A stretch of 64,000 bases of DNA from Myxococcales bacterium (GTDB taxonomy: Bacteria > Myxococcota_A > Polyangia > Polyangiales > DASUME01). The position numbers and the translations under genes were made by a program. Of the stretch, positions 1 through 10,900 are shown in pieces; the first letter of the stretch is position 1; each line of letters starts with the position of its first letter. Where the stretch lies: contig JASGJH010000001.1 in assembly GCA_047601445.1 (NCBI GenBank), forward strand, positions 9,152,001 through 9,216,000. Direction: 5' to 3'. The notes under the pieces were generated by a model. That model worked only from the letters and a program-made list of their open reading frames with translations. It had not been told where the DNA came from and ran no database searches.

Positions 1-1671
1 CAGGGTTTTGCCCAAGCCCATGTCGTCGGCGAGCAGGGCCCCCATCTCCGCTTCGCCCAGGAAACGCAGCCAACGGTAGCCCGCGAGCTGATAGCTGCGC
101 AGGTCGGCACGCACGCCCTCCGGCAGCGCAATCTCCGGGATGCCCGAGAAGTCTTCGCTCAGCGTGCGCAGACGCGCGAGCTCCGGCGGGGCAGGGTAAT
201 CGAGTGCCGAGCACAGCCGCGCGAGATCCACCAGGGCCGCTGCGGGCAGGGAGTCGTCGCGCTCGTCCTTTGCAGCCAACAGGTCGCGCACCAGGTGCCC
301 GTGCAACGCGAGGAAGTCTCGCGGCAGCGGTGCGAAGCCGCCGCCCTCGAGGGCGACCAGGGGGGAGCCATGCTGGAAGGCTGCCACCACGGCTTCTGCG
401 GATGCGCGCTCGCCCTTCTCGGTGCGGAATGACAGCGCGAAGCTGTGACCTTCCACCGAGAGCTCGGGCGTGAGCGCCCCGCGTAACGAGAAGTTCTCGA
501 GGCCGCTGCCGGAGATCTGCACGTCGTCCAGGGCACGCACGCGATCGGCCAGGCGTAGCGCTGCTTCACCCTCGAGTCGCTTGCGCCGGCCCACCTCGAG
601 ACCGAGCTTCGTCTCCACCAACTTGCTCAGTCGGAGCTCCGCGTCCACGTCACGCAGCGCCACCGGGCCGCCCAGATAGGTGAGCTTGCCGCCGTCCACG
701 CGCGCGCAGGGCGGATCGCCATAGACGATGGTCGGCAATACCTCGAGCACGCCTGCCATGATGTCCGCCGACAGCGAGAGCCGTGCGGGCAGTGCTTGGG
801 CACCTGGCAGGAGCTCTTCCGGCACCTCCACCGGGATGCGCTCGCGCAATGCGGGGATCACGCGTCCCACGAGATCGGCCACGTCGTTCAAGGGGACGTG
901 GCGTCCACGCTTGAGCGCCGCGAGATCGGTCTCGGACAGCTGCGGTTCACGCACCAAACACAGCTTGTCGTCGAGCACGGCAACGCCACTCTCGAAGCTC
1001 CGTGTCAGGCGCTTGTTCTCACGCGCGATCAGGCGAAAGCCCTCACGGTCGCGCTCCACGCGCGCCACCACCGAGTCCACCGGCTCACCCAGCGCGATGG
1101 GCTTGCCTTCGAAGGTCACGTCTTCGCATTCGGCGAGCCAGCCGAGCAGCTTGGGCACGAAAGCTCGCGGCACAGGCCCCTCGCGCATGTTGCCGATCAG
1201 CAGATCGATCTCCACGTCGGCGCGGCTCGTGCTGATCTGGGCCGCTTCGCCCTTCTGACGCTCTTCGATCAAGCGCGTGCTCAGCTTCTTGCGTTCGTCG
1301 CCTTGCTTCACCATGCGCGTCATGAACAGCTGGTCGCCCTTGGCGCTGAACTCGTAGCCCAGCGTGGCGGCCGGGCCGCGCACGCCGAGCAGGTCCGTGC
1401 CCTCTTTCTCTGCCTGCGCCAGCAGGATGACCGCCGCCGCTGCGTGCTGGCAGACCGGCTCCTGCGAGGGACACTCGCACGACCACTCGGAGTGCTCGGG
1501 CGACAGCGTCACGAGCGGCGAGGTCATGCCGCCCTTGGTCGCGATGCGCACTTCCAGGGAGCCGTCGCGTGCACGCTTGCCCGAGAGCGTCCCGCTGCGT
1601 GCCTGGGTGACGGCGCGGGACCAGGTGGCCGGTGAGCATTCCTCACGAATCGCTTCCAACAGTTTCTGCAC
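1..1671 (-). CDS. SNF2-family helicase with N-terminal SWIM zinc finger (3' part runs off the window)
   Basis: Absent from the ORF track because the stop lies outside the window. Hand translation from GTG 1671 gives VQKLLEAIREECS...WSCECPSQEPVCQH (SWIM CxC..CxH). The window edge reads LRSYQLAGYRWL...ALLADDMGLGKTL (SNF2 Q-motif and Walker A) in the same frame. Only parts were hand-checked. Confidence 0.9.
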   Translation of the reverse strand, partial: MQKLLEAIREECSPATWSRAVTQARSGTLSGKRARDGSLEVRIATKGGMTSPLVTLSPEHSEWSCECPSQEPVCQHAAAAVILLAQAEKEGTDLLGVRGPAATLGYEFSAKGDQLFMTRMVKQGDERKKLSTRLIEERQKGEAAQISTSRADVEIDLLIGNMREGPVPRAFVPKLLGWLAECEDVTFEGKPIALGEPVDSVVARVERDREGFRLIARENKRLTRSFESGVAVLDDKLCLVREPQLSETDLAALKRGRHVPLNDVADLVGRVIPALRERIPVEVPEELLPGAQALPARLSLSADIMAGVLEVLPTIVYGDPPCARVDGGKLTYLGGPVALRDVDAELRLSKLVETKLGLEVGRRKRLEGEAALRLADRVRALDDVQISGSGLENFSLRGALTPELSVEGHSFALSFRTEKGERASAEAVVAAFQHGSPLVALEGGGFAPLPRDFLALHGHLVRDLLAAKDERDDSLPAAALVDLARLCSALDYPAPPELARLRTLSEDFSGIPEIALPEGVRADLRSYQLAGYRWLRFLGEAEMGALLADDMGLGKTL

Positions 1672-1771
1672 GGTCCTGAGGGGTAGCACGGAGGAAAGGC
1701 GCACCGTGGCGGGGCACGTGGGCATGGGGGGCCTGGCCCGGGCGACCCCGATCGCGCATCCTTGGGCCTCC

Positions 1772-2809
1772 GTGTCCACGCCGTCCTCCTTCAGCGAGCG
1801 CTATCTGCGCGAGCGCCACCTGGTCGCAGCGACCCCGCACGACGCGGGGTTGTTCCTGGTGTTGGCCCCGATGGACGGCGTGACCGACTGGGTGCACCGA
1901 GAGCTCGCATCGAGCCTCGGTGGCGTGAGCCAGTGCGTGACCGAGTTCGTGCGTGTCACCGATCGCGCACCGCCAGCGCGCGTGTTCCTGCGCGACTGTC
2001 CCGAGCTCACGCGCGGCGGGGTTACGTCGAGCGGCGTACGCGTGTTCGTGCAGATTCTGGGCGGCGATCCACACGCGATGGCCCAGGCCGGGAAGCTCGC
2101 CGCGCAGCTCGGCGCACCAGGCATCGACATCAACTTCGGCTGTCCTGCCAAGCGCGTGAACAACCACGACGGCGGGGCCAGCATTCTGCGCTGTCCCGAG
2201 CGTGCCGAGCACATCACGCGCGCGGTGCGCGACGCAGTGCCGAGCGAGATCCCGGTCACGGTGAAGGTCCGCGTGGGCTGGTCCGATGCCGACGCCATGG
2301 TGGAGATCGCGCAGGCGGTGGAGCGCGGTGGCGCTTCGTGGCTCACGGTTCACGGGCGCACGAAGAGTCAGATGTACGCGCCGCCGGTGGACTATCAGGC
2401 GATCGGTCGAGCGCGCGCAGCCATCTCCATTCCCGTCGTCGCCAATGGCGATCTCGTCAGCGAAGCAAGCTTGCTTGCGTGCTCCGAGCAGAGCGGCGCC
2501 AGCGCTTTCATGGTGGGGCGCGGGGCGCTCGCACGTCCCTTCGTGTTCCGCGAACTACGCGGTGAGCCTGTGAGTGAGCCGAATGTGGGCTACCTCGCAG
2601 CCTACGCGGGGGTCCTCGTTCGCTACGCAGAACTCATGACCTCCGGCGGCTTTACGCCCGAGGGCACCCTGCGTCGCCTCAAGCAGTGGCTGAGCCTCGC
2701 GCGCACCTTTGCGCCCGAGATTTTGCCGCTGTTCGAGCGTATCAAGCTGCAGAGCGAACTGGCTTCCGCGCTGCGTGCGCTGGAGCCCGAGATCGCCGAC
2801 GCCGCCTGA
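1772..2809 (+). CDS. tRNA-dihydrouridine synthase (DusC-like)
   Basis: Motifs LAPMDG, VQILG, IDINFGCP, VTVKVRVG, TVHGRT, VANGD, MVGRGAL. The start is uncertain: the track start at 1364 overlaps the helicase, so GTG 1772 was chosen. Confidence 0.9.
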   Translation: MSTPSSFSERYLRERHLVAATPHDAGLFLVLAPMDGVTDWVHRELASSLGGVSQCVTEFVRVTDRAPPARVFLRDCPELTRGGVTSSGVRVFVQILGGDPHAMAQAGKLAAQLGAPGIDINFGCPAKRVNNHDGGASILRCPERAEHITRAVRDAVPSEIPVTVKVRVGWSDADAMVEIAQAVERGGASWLTVHGRTKSQMYAPPVDYQAIGRARAAISIPVVANGDLVSEASLLACSEQSGASAFMVGRGALARPFVFRELRGEPVSEPNVGYLAAYAGVLVRYAELMTSGGFTPEGTLRRLKQWLSLARTFAPEILPLFERIKLQSELASALRALEPEIADAA

Positions 2810-3157
2810 ATTTCTGGCTTCGAAATTTCAGGGCAAGGTGCGGGAAGTGCGCGCATGTCCGGCGCGCAGGGGTTCCCAAGCAGGCATGTGGGCACCCGCC
2901 AAGGCGCTGCGAACTGCCTCACGAAGTGACCCCCCAAAGTCGCGAAATCGCGCGCGAAGAGATCTGCCCACACCGCGCGACCGAAGCCGAGCTTCGCCGA
3001 GATCCACGGAAGTGTCGTGGATGTGATCCGGCAGCTCACTGACACCTAGCGATTTTTCGCGGACTCTTGAAAAGATTCGTGGTTTTTTGACGGCCCTTGA
3101 TACCTTGCCCGACGAGTGAAATGTAGTGTCACGCACCGTCACTCGGGGGGGCTCCAA

Positions 3158-3427
3158 ATGGTTGTCAGGTCCATCAGCATCATGGCGGGTCGGGATCGGG
3201 TGAGCGCCGTGCTCGAGCCTCTCCTCGGCTTCGAGCTGGGCCGCGAACGCGCGAACAACATTGCCCAGGTGCTCATCTTCAGTCCCGAGGACGCGGTCTG
3301 CATCGCGTTCGGGATGCTGAAGAGCACGGGGCTGCTCGACCCCAGCGCGGTGGCCGAGGAGGTCGCCGAGGCCTGGGCACAGGGCGTGCGCGCCGTCGAA
3401 GCGGTCGAGATGGAAAAGGTCGCCTGA
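3158..3427 (+). CDS. small hypothetical protein (~89 aa)
   Basis: G-rich RBS-like run before ATG 3158, GC3-rich codons, fills the gap between genes; no recognised domain. Confidence 0.55.
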   Translation: MVVRSISIMAGRDRVSAVLEPLLGFELGRERANNIAQVLIFSPEDAVCIAFGMLKSTGLLDPSAVAEEVAEAWAQGVRAVEAVEMEKVA

Positions 3428-3474
3428 GATTTCGCGCGCGCAGCCTCGTGCCGCGCGCAGGGCGTACTTCGGAA

Positions 3475-3518
3475 AGCGCAGCGAACCACGCGGGGGGGGC
3501 CCGGCGCGGCTTGCCGCG
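3475..3518. repeat. dispersed REP-like element (copy similar to 43262-43310)
   Basis: AGCGCAGCGAAC..CGCGG(G)n.CCC..CGCGGC-TTGCCGCG also occurs at 43262-43310; both copies lie between convergent genes. Confidence 0.6.
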
Positions 3519-3566
3519 GAGCTGAGGGGACGAGTTCTCAGCGGTGCTGCGACGGCGGCTCTCCGT

Positions 3567-5897
3567 CTACAAAATCACGATGGGATCGCAGCCGAACTCG
3601 ACGACCAGGCTGGTGGTGCGGTTGTTCTTGAAGTCCGTGCAGGCCTGACCGTACATCTGGATTTCGACCTGCGCCGGGTCAGCCCAACCCCAACCCTGGG
3701 TCTGATCGAACGGAACGACCTGGCCGTTGAGGTAGAGGTTCACCTTGGTCTTGTCCACGTAGGGATCCTTCAGCTCGCCGAGCGTGAAGGCGCAGGTGGC
3801 CAAAGACTGCGAGATGCCATCGAGCACCATGTTGAGCTTGGCCTCGTCCGGAGCAGGGTAGTAGCGGGGGGCGCTCGGGTTGTTCGGGTCTTTGATCGCG
3901 GTACCACCGTTGTCGACGATGGCGTCGAGGATCTCGTCGTCGCCGGCCGTGGCGGCGTCCACGGAGCCGAAGCGAATCACGTAGGTCTTCACTCCGAGAG
4001 CGAGCAGCTTGCTGGCCGCAGCGCCCGCGCGCGCCACGGCGTCGGCCTGGGCCACGCCACAACTCTCGGAATCGCCGCCGTCGCTCACCACGATCACGGC
4101 GCCCAATACCTGAGCCTCTGCGAGGCGGCCGGGTGAGTTGGCGACCCTCTCCAGCGCGTCGACCAGCGGCGTGAAGCCAAGCGGCAGATTCGAGAGGACC
4201 GAACGGATGATGGTGAGCTCGGTGCTGGGGCCAGGATCGACCTCGGCCTTCTCGAAGATGTCGCAAGAGCCTGGCGCGGCACCCGCGCTAGGGAACATGC
4301 GCAAGCCGAACTCGACTTCGTCGTTCACCGTGGCGACGACCGTCTTGCCGATGGATTTGGCCATCACGCCCCAGTACGTGAGCCCGCCGCCGCCGCCCAG
4401 ACTGGTGGGGATGCAGCCGGCCGTATCGGTGTTCGAGCAGTCGTTCATGCTGAGCGAGCGATCGAGCAGCCACTCCACGGCGCGCGGCTTGGTGGCCACC
4501 TGCGTGGCGGACGTGCCGCACACCTCGGCGGAGCAGCCCTTGCGCGCCTCGAGCGGCTTGCCGAAGCGAATCGCCTCGCAGGATTTGCCGTAGAACTCCA
4601 CCTCGCTGGTGTTGCCGTTGACGAAGTTCCAGCCGTCCGCCTGGTTACGGTCGCGATCAACCAGCTTGCCTGCGAGCACGAAGTTGAGCTCGAAGGGGTT
4701 GAGGTTCTGCGAGGGATCGAGGGTGGCGGGGATGGAGAAGCGGCACGGTCGCACGCGCTGGGCCACGGTCGTGAGCGCGGTCACCAGGTCCTCGACCTTG
4801 TCCGCCGCGAGGGCCTTGTCGAGACCCGTACCGCCGTTCTTGGCCAGTGTATCCATGGCGTCGAAGTTGGTCATGCGGGGCTTGCCCAGGGCCGTCAGCT
4901 GAGCGCTTGCTGCGTCGAAGCCGATTGGCAGCACGCGAATGTGCTTCTTCACCAGCTCGATGCCGAGCTTCTCGTAGGCCAGCAGCTTGTCGGCTTTGCT
5001 CGCGAAGGCGGTGCCGAAGCAGTTGTCGTTGCCGTCCGAGATGAACACCAGGTAGTTGGTGCTCTTGGGGTTCTCGAGCAGCGTGGTGTGCTCGAGGTAG
5101 TAATTGAGCGGGTCGATGACCGGCGTGAAGTCGTAGAAGATGTTGCCCTGGCCAGGCGCCTGCGGGCCCATGAAGGGCAGCACCTTGGTCTGCTGCCCGG
5201 GCATCGGCTCGAGCACGTCGTTGCGGTTGAGGCCGCAGAAGTTGAAGCCGGCCGCCACCGCTTCGCTGAAGTCGTCCGTGGGCTGTCCCCAGAACACGTG
5301 CATGCCGTAGTTCAGCTTGGGGTTATCCAGAATCATGTCGCGAATGGCTTCCTGGACTCGATACCAGTAGCTGTTCATCGACTTCGAGCCGTCGACCGCG
5401 ATCATCACGTTCACGCCGACCGGATCGAGATCGAACTTCTCTTCGCCGCAGCCCACCGGCGCCCCGGCGTCGTCGCTTTCGCCGCAGAAGGGGTTATCGG
5501 GTGGGCACACGTCGTCGGGTTTGCTGCCGGGAAGGGGCGGGCCATCGGGCAGGGGCTGGTCGGCGATGCCATCGCCGTCCGTGTCGACGCCGTCGGCTTT
5601 GCCGTCTCCATCGATGTCGATCGCGATTCCGTCGTAGAGGCCGTCGCCGTCGAGGTCGACGGGATCGTTGGGCAGAATACCGGGGTCATCCCCGCGCGGT
5701 GGGAGCGGGTTCGGGATCGTGGCCGTGGGCTCGCCGCAGCCAATGGTTAGACCAGTCAGCGCCGTCAGCAGCAGCGAGCAGGCGAGGGCGCTGCGCTTGG
5801 CGCTGCTCGGGGAGGCCTCCAGGCCCGGCGTCGAAGCGCATCCTCGGGCGCGCGAGCCGAGAGCGGAGCGCATGATTTGGCGCGAATTCTTGGTCAT
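3567..5897 (-). CDS. lipoprotein with DxDxDG Ca-binding loops and two tandem vWA domains
   Basis: Lipobox-like LTIGC; VDLDGDG/IDIDGDG/VDTDGDG loops; two MIDAS motifs (VDGSKS, LDRSLS) with TP and (I/V)SDG downstream; Cys-rich spacers. ATG 5897 overlaps the upstream TGA (ATGA). Confidence 0.8.
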   Translation of the reverse strand: MTKNSRQIMRSALGSRARGCASTPGLEASPSSAKRSALACSLLLTALTGLTIGCGEPTATIPNPLPPRGDDPGILPNDPVDLDGDGLYDGIAIDIDGDGKADGVDTDGDGIADQPLPDGPPLPGSKPDDVCPPDNPFCGESDDAGAPVGCGEEKFDLDPVGVNVMIAVDGSKSMNSYWYRVQEAIRDMILDNPKLNYGMHVFWGQPTDDFSEAVAAGFNFCGLNRNDVLEPMPGQQTKVLPFMGPQAPGQGNIFYDFTPVIDPLNYYLEHTTLLENPKSTNYLVFISDGNDNCFGTAFASKADKLLAYEKLGIELVKKHIRVLPIGFDAASAQLTALGKPRMTNFDAMDTLAKNGGTGLDKALAADKVEDLVTALTTVAQRVRPCRFSIPATLDPSQNLNPFELNFVLAGKLVDRDRNQADGWNFVNGNTSEVEFYGKSCEAIRFGKPLEARKGCSAEVCGTSATQVATKPRAVEWLLDRSLSMNDCSNTDTAGCIPTSLGGGGGLTYWGVMAKSIGKTVVATVNDEVEFGLRMFPSAGAAPGSCDIFEKAEVDPGPSTELTIIRSVLSNLPLGFTPLVDALERVANSPGRLAEAQVLGAVIVVSDGGDSESCGVAQADAVARAGAAASKLLALGVKTYVIRFGSVDAATAGDDEILDAIVDNGGTAIKDPNNPSAPRYYPAPDEAKLNMVLDGISQSLATCAFTLGELKDPYVDKTKVNLYLNGQVVPFDQTQGWGWADPAQVEIQMYGQACTDFKNNRTTSLVVEFGCDPIVIL

Positions 5898-6775
5898 CGG
5901 CACACCTTGTATCCGGGGCGGGCACTGGCGGCGTCGCCGGTGGTTACGCTCTTGTCTTGTTCGGGTTGGCAGGTCTTGCCGGGCGCCTTCTGACAATCGT
6001 CGTTGTCATTGCAGCTCAGCACACCCGTGGGCACGCCGTTGGCGGCGCCGACATCCAGGCAGGCGTCGAGGTCCATGCACTGCCGGCCGGCGCCAGGGCC
6101 GCTCCAGTGGTCCAGGCTGCCGATGGGCGAGCCCTGGCGCACGTAGCAGCAGACCTGGCTGTCCTTGCAGTCTTCGCGGCCATCGCAGGTGCTGGTGATG
6201 GCGCGGTCGACGAGCGTTCCCACGATGTAATAGAGCCCCGGGTCGTCGGGCTCATCGAGGGTGGGCGTGATCGTGCAGGCGTCTTCGGTGATGCACTTGG
6301 GCTGATTTTTGAAGCCCGAAAGCACGTTCCACCCGTCGCAGCACATGAAGTCTTCTTTGATTGCGCACTCGCTGTTGCCGCACTGGACCTTGGCCAGCGG
6401 GATCTCGATATCGAGCGGCGCGTCCCCATCGCCATCTCCATCGCCGTCGCCGTGATTCACGGGCGGCTTGTCTCCGTCGCCGTCCCCATCACCCGAGCCA
6501 GGGTCGCTGCCCGCATCGTCGGAACCAGCGTCCTTGTCCGAGTCGGGCTTGGAGGGCTTGGCCCAGGGCAAAATGGCGTCCGCCATGCCGTCGCCATCGA
6601 GATCCACGCTGTCGGCCACGCCGTCGCCGTCGGTGTCGAGGGCGATGCCGTCCTGAACGCCGTCGTTGTTGATATCGACGCCCTCTCCGACCTTCACGGC
6701 GGACCCGGAGGCCCCGTCGCCGCCGCAGGCGGTCGACACCATGAGGAACAACAACAGACTGGAGCGGCGCGTCAT
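5894..6775 (-). CDS. Cys-rich lipoprotein with DxDxDG loops and Asp-Gly linker
   Basis: MTRRSSLLLFLMVSTAC lipobox; three DxDxDG loops; GDGDGDGD linker; C-terminal domain with CC pairs. Confidence 0.75.
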   Translation of the reverse strand: MTRRSSLLLFLMVSTACGGDGASGSAVKVGEGVDINNDGVQDGIALDTDGDGVADSVDLDGDGMADAILPWAKPSKPDSDKDAGSDDAGSDPGSGDGDGDGDKPPVNHGDGDGDGDGDAPLDIEIPLAKVQCGNSECAIKEDFMCCDGWNVLSGFKNQPKCITEDACTITPTLDEPDDPGLYYIVGTLVDRAITSTCDGREDCKDSQVCCYVRQGSPIGSLDHWSGPGAGRQCMDLDACLDVGAANGVPTGVLSCNDNDDCQKAPGKTCQPEQDKSVTTGDAASARPGYKVCR

Positions 6776-7049
6776 AAATCTCCGAAAGATAAGCCCAACT
6801 GCGTCAGGACAATTCGGGGGCATTTCAAAAGAACAGCAGAGGAAAATCGACTCCGTCTAACATCGCCCTACATTCGCGGTCAACGAGCTTGGGCTCGCAA
6901 AAGCCGCGCTTTTCTATGCATTTCTGCCCCCTCGGGGGCAGCTCGGTCTATCCGCACCGGGAAGTTCGCTCCAACCGCACCTGACTACTCTGGGTAGCCG
7001 TGCCCCGAGCCCGCGGCACCGGCTCAACGAGCGAGCTAAAGACCAGACG

Positions 7050-7718
7050 ATGTCGACGCGGGCATACGAGACTTTCTCCAAGCAAATCACCAAGCGAGAA
7101 GCGCGGATCGTCGAAGGGCTGAATGCGCCCGAGCAGATCCAAGCGTTCCTCGATCGCACGCCGTACAGCACCGAGCCCATCTATCGGAGTCCGTTGACAG
7201 TGCTGCGGGATCGGAAGGCTCACTGCTTCGATGGGGCCTGCTTTGCGGCCCTGTGCCTGGCGCGGCTCGGCCATCGTCCGCTGCTCGTGGATCTCTTGCC
7301 CTGGGACGACGACGACCACGTGCTCGCGCTCTTCAAGCGCGGCGCCTGTTGGGGGGCGTTGGCCAAGTCCAACATCGTGGGCCTGCGCTACCGGGAGCCT
7401 GTCTATCGCTCGCTGCGCGAGCTCGTGATGTCGTACTTCGACCCCTACTTCAACCTCTCCTCGTACCGCACCCTGCGCGGTTACACGCAGCCTCTGAGCC
7501 TCAGCCGCTTCGATCGCGATCTGTGGCCGGTGCGCGACAACACCATGGACCTAATTGCGGATGGGCTCGACGCGCGGCCCAAAGTCACGCTGTTTTCGGC
7601 GGCGCAGATTCGCGCGCTGACACCCATCGACCCGATCACCTACCGCGCCAACCTCTCGATCGCCGATCCCAAAGGGCTCTACAAACCCAAGCAGAGTCGC
7701 GGCCGAAGCCCGGGTTGA
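7050..7718 (+). CDS. conserved hypothetical protein, possible transglutaminase/papain-like fold
   Basis: AHCFDGACFAA and DDDHVLALF segments suggest a Cys-His pair; no signal peptide. Confidence 0.6.
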   Translation: MSTRAYETFSKQITKREARIVEGLNAPEQIQAFLDRTPYSTEPIYRSPLTVLRDRKAHCFDGACFAALCLARLGHRPLLVDLLPWDDDDHVLALFKRGACWGALAKSNIVGLRYREPVYRSLRELVMSYFDPYFNLSSYRTLRGYTQPLSLSRFDRDLWPVRDNTMDLIADGLDARPKVTLFSAAQIRALTPIDPITYRANLSIADPKGLYKPKQSRGRSPG

Positions 7719-7847
7719 GGCCGCGTGAAGTCTGCGGGGGCGAGGCAGTTCGAGCCGAAATTTATGGGCTCACCCGATGGGGGCTGCGCGCGCTCGGCAG
7801 TCTGTGGGGCGCGGCGGCTGCGGGGCCCACACGTGTCGTGCAAAACC

Positions 7848-7864
7848 TTGGCGACAAGGTTGCT
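7848..7864 (+). promoter_or_regulatory. candidate sigma-54 (-24/-12) promoter
   Basis: TTGGCGACAAGGTTGCT has GG-N10-GC with TTGCT, about 90 bp upstream of the TSP3/vWA gene. Confidence 0.4.
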
Positions 7865-7951
7865 CGGAGCGCCACCCATGCCCTACCTTCGTCGGGGAGT
7901 CGGAGGGCGAAAGGGCGATGAACGCCCCGCTGCCTGGCCACTCGAGAACTT

Positions 7952-10900
7952 GTGTTCGATCGACGGGGCAATCACGTGCTCAAAGTATTTCCAGCGCTCA
8001 AACCCGGTGTTGTTAGCGTCCATACGGGCGCGCTCCTTCCCGCGCTCCTCAGCGCCTTGGTCGTCTGTTCCGCTGTCGGCTGTTCCGGCGACGGCGGAAA
8101 GGGTGGCGGCGACTCGATGGATGGGGGCGGTGACGGCGACTGGTCCTACGACGGATCGCTCGACGGCGACGGGGGCCGCGATGATGACGACGACGATGAC
8201 GACGACGGTTTCCTCGATCGCGTCGACAACTGTCCGACCAAGGCCAACCCCAGCCAGAAGGACACCGACCGCGACGGAGTCGGCGACCAGTGCGACAACT
8301 GTCCGGCCGACGCCAACTCGGCCCAGGAGGACAGCGACGGCGACACCATCGGGGATGTTTGTGAAAACCCGCTGTTCACCTTCAATGGGGACAACGACGG
8401 CGACGGCATCCTGAACTCGCTGGACCTGTGCCCGTTCAAGGCGGATCCGAGCAACGTGGACAGCGACGGCGATCACGTGGGCGACGCCTGCGACAACTGC
8501 CCCGCCACCGCGAACACGCTGCAGGAAGACGGCGACAAGGACGGCATTGGCGATGCGTGCCCGGGCGGTGAGGCGTTGCCCATGGACACCGACGGCGACC
8601 AGCTGCCCGACGCGAACGACAACTGCCCGGGTGTGGCCAACCCCGGACAGGAAGACGAAGACCACGATGGTCGCGGCGACGTCTGCGACAACTGTGTTCA
8701 CGTGGCGAACTACCAGCAGCGCGACACCGACGGCGACAACATCGGCGATTTCTGTGAGCAGGTGTTCGTGGACCCCAACGGCGATGACGACGGGGACATG
8801 GTGAAGAACAGCGCCGACAACTGTCCCGGCACGTCCAACCAGAACCAGGCCGACGCCGACAAGGACAAGGTGGGTGATGCCTGCGACAACTGCCCGAGCG
8901 TCGCCAACGCCGATCAGGCGCCCGGGCCCCAGGGCACAACGTATGGCGAGGCCTGCGCACCCGTAACGCCGGGTGGCGACAGCGACGGCGATGGAGTGCT
9001 CGACTCCGACGATAACTGCGACACCGTGGCCAACGGCGCCGCGCAAGCGGGCACCGCCGGCGTGGGCAACCAGACCGACACCGACAAGGACTCGGTGGGC
9101 GACGCCTGCGACAACTGCCCCACCATCGCGAACCTCGGCCAGGCCGACGCGGACAGCGATCACATCGGCGATGCGTGCGAGAAGCTCGCCACGGACTCCG
9201 ACGGCGACGGCATCCCGGACTACCTCGACAAATGCCCCAAGAACGGCACCAGCACGAGCGAGGCCGACAAGGACCAAGATGGAGTGCCGGACCTCTGCGA
9301 CAACTGCATCGATCAAGCCAACAAGGCCCAGAAGGACTCCAACAACGACGGCCAGGGCGACGTCTGCGACTCCGACGCATTCCCGCAGGGCACGGCCTGC
9401 TCCAGCGGTAAGACCGCGGCCAAGCTGATCCCGCCGAACCTCTACTTCTTGATCGACGCCTCGCTCTCCATGCAGGAAGGCGCCTGCGCGTACAGTCAGA
9501 CCTGCGCGTGCGCCGCCGGCGAAGACGAGGACGACGACTGCTACGACATCCATCGCGAGAACTACGACAACAACCCCGCCAACGACGTCACGCCCCAGTT
9601 CGTCCCGTCGCGCGAGCGCGCCTGGGAACGGGCGCTCACCACGCTGGCGCCGCAGCTCGCCAACGGCTCCTACAACCTGGGCGTCGCCAACTTCACCGCG
9701 GGCTATTTCTCCGACGCCAATACCTGCAACGCCCTGCCCACGCAGACCATGGCGATGCAAGTTCCGGCCGCCAACTTCGCCACGACCTTCACCACCGCGG
9801 CGAATTTCACGCCCACCAGCTACACGCCCACCGCGGCGGCCCTGTCTGGTGTGCTCAACCCCAACCACGACAACAGCAACGCCGACGCGCGCTTCCTGCT
9901 GCCGAACGACACCGAGCCCACGCGCAACAAGGCCGTCATCATGGTGACGGACGGTCTGCCCACGACCTGTCCCAACGACGGATCCGCGGACTGGAACGAG
10001 TCGGGCATCACCAGCGTGTACGAGATGAACGAGGCGCTCAAGGCAGCGCGGGCCCTCGCACTCTCCGATGCCAACAAGCGCGTGCGTCTGTACGTGCTCG
10101 GCTTCGCCATCAACGAGAATCAGCGCCTGGGGATGCTCGCGAACGCCGGCGATCCCGACTACTCGGGCCCCTACTTGCTGTGCGGCGCGGGCGTGACCAC
10201 CAACTGCTACTGCAACGCCACGTCTTCACCGGCGGGCTGCACCAACTGGGTCGAGCCTGCAACCAAGAAGTGGTACGAGGTCGGCAACACCGCGTCGATC
10301 GTGTCGGCGGTACAGGCCATCGCCACCAAGAGCCTCGGCTGCGACATCACCCTGGCCAACACGGGCACCGTCGACAACCAGACGCTCCACCTCAACTTGG
10401 TCAACGGCAACACCCGCACGCCGATCCCGTCGAACCAGTACACCCGCTCGGGTGCCTGCGCGACGCCGGCCGGCGCCGGGGCCTGCAAGGTCACGCTGGA
10501 TGCGGCGACCTCCTGCCAGGCCTATCACACGGCCGTCACCGGCAACGCGAATGCCTACGTGGAAGCGGAGATCGCCTGCGCGTGCATCCCGGCGGCAGCC
10601 GAGAACTGCAACGACAACATCGACAACGACTGCGACTCCTTGATCAACGAGGGGTGCTTCCCGCCCGTGACCTGCGCCGCCAACAGCAGCGATCCGAACT
10701 GCCCGAACCCGAACTGCAACCCCCAGGGGCTGGAGATCTGCAACGGCAAGGACGACGACTGCGACGGTCTGGTCGACGAAGGGTGTCCGCCGCCGTCCTG
10801 CACCAATCCGGCCATGGAGCTGTGCGGTGACGAGAAGGACAACGACTGCGACGGCAAGGTCGACGAGGACTGCCCGCCGATGTGCATCTCGCACCCCGAG

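Noticed and set aside
1..1671. SNF2 helicase as part of an anti-phage defence island
   Set aside because: SWIM-SNF2 proteins are common housekeeping-type genes, and no methylase, nuclease or other defence gene is adjacent within the window; the downstream side is not visible.
1364..1771. N-terminal extension of the Dus ORF
   Set aside because: Overlaps the opposite-strand helicase start; Dus similarity begins near LAPMDG.
7883..9868. Long antisense ORFs (also 14231-16372, 21277-22884, 33413-35587, 45315-46964, 51122-52771, 58794-60578)
   Set aside because: Typical stop-poor shadows opposite well-supported genes in high-GC DNA; no motifs.
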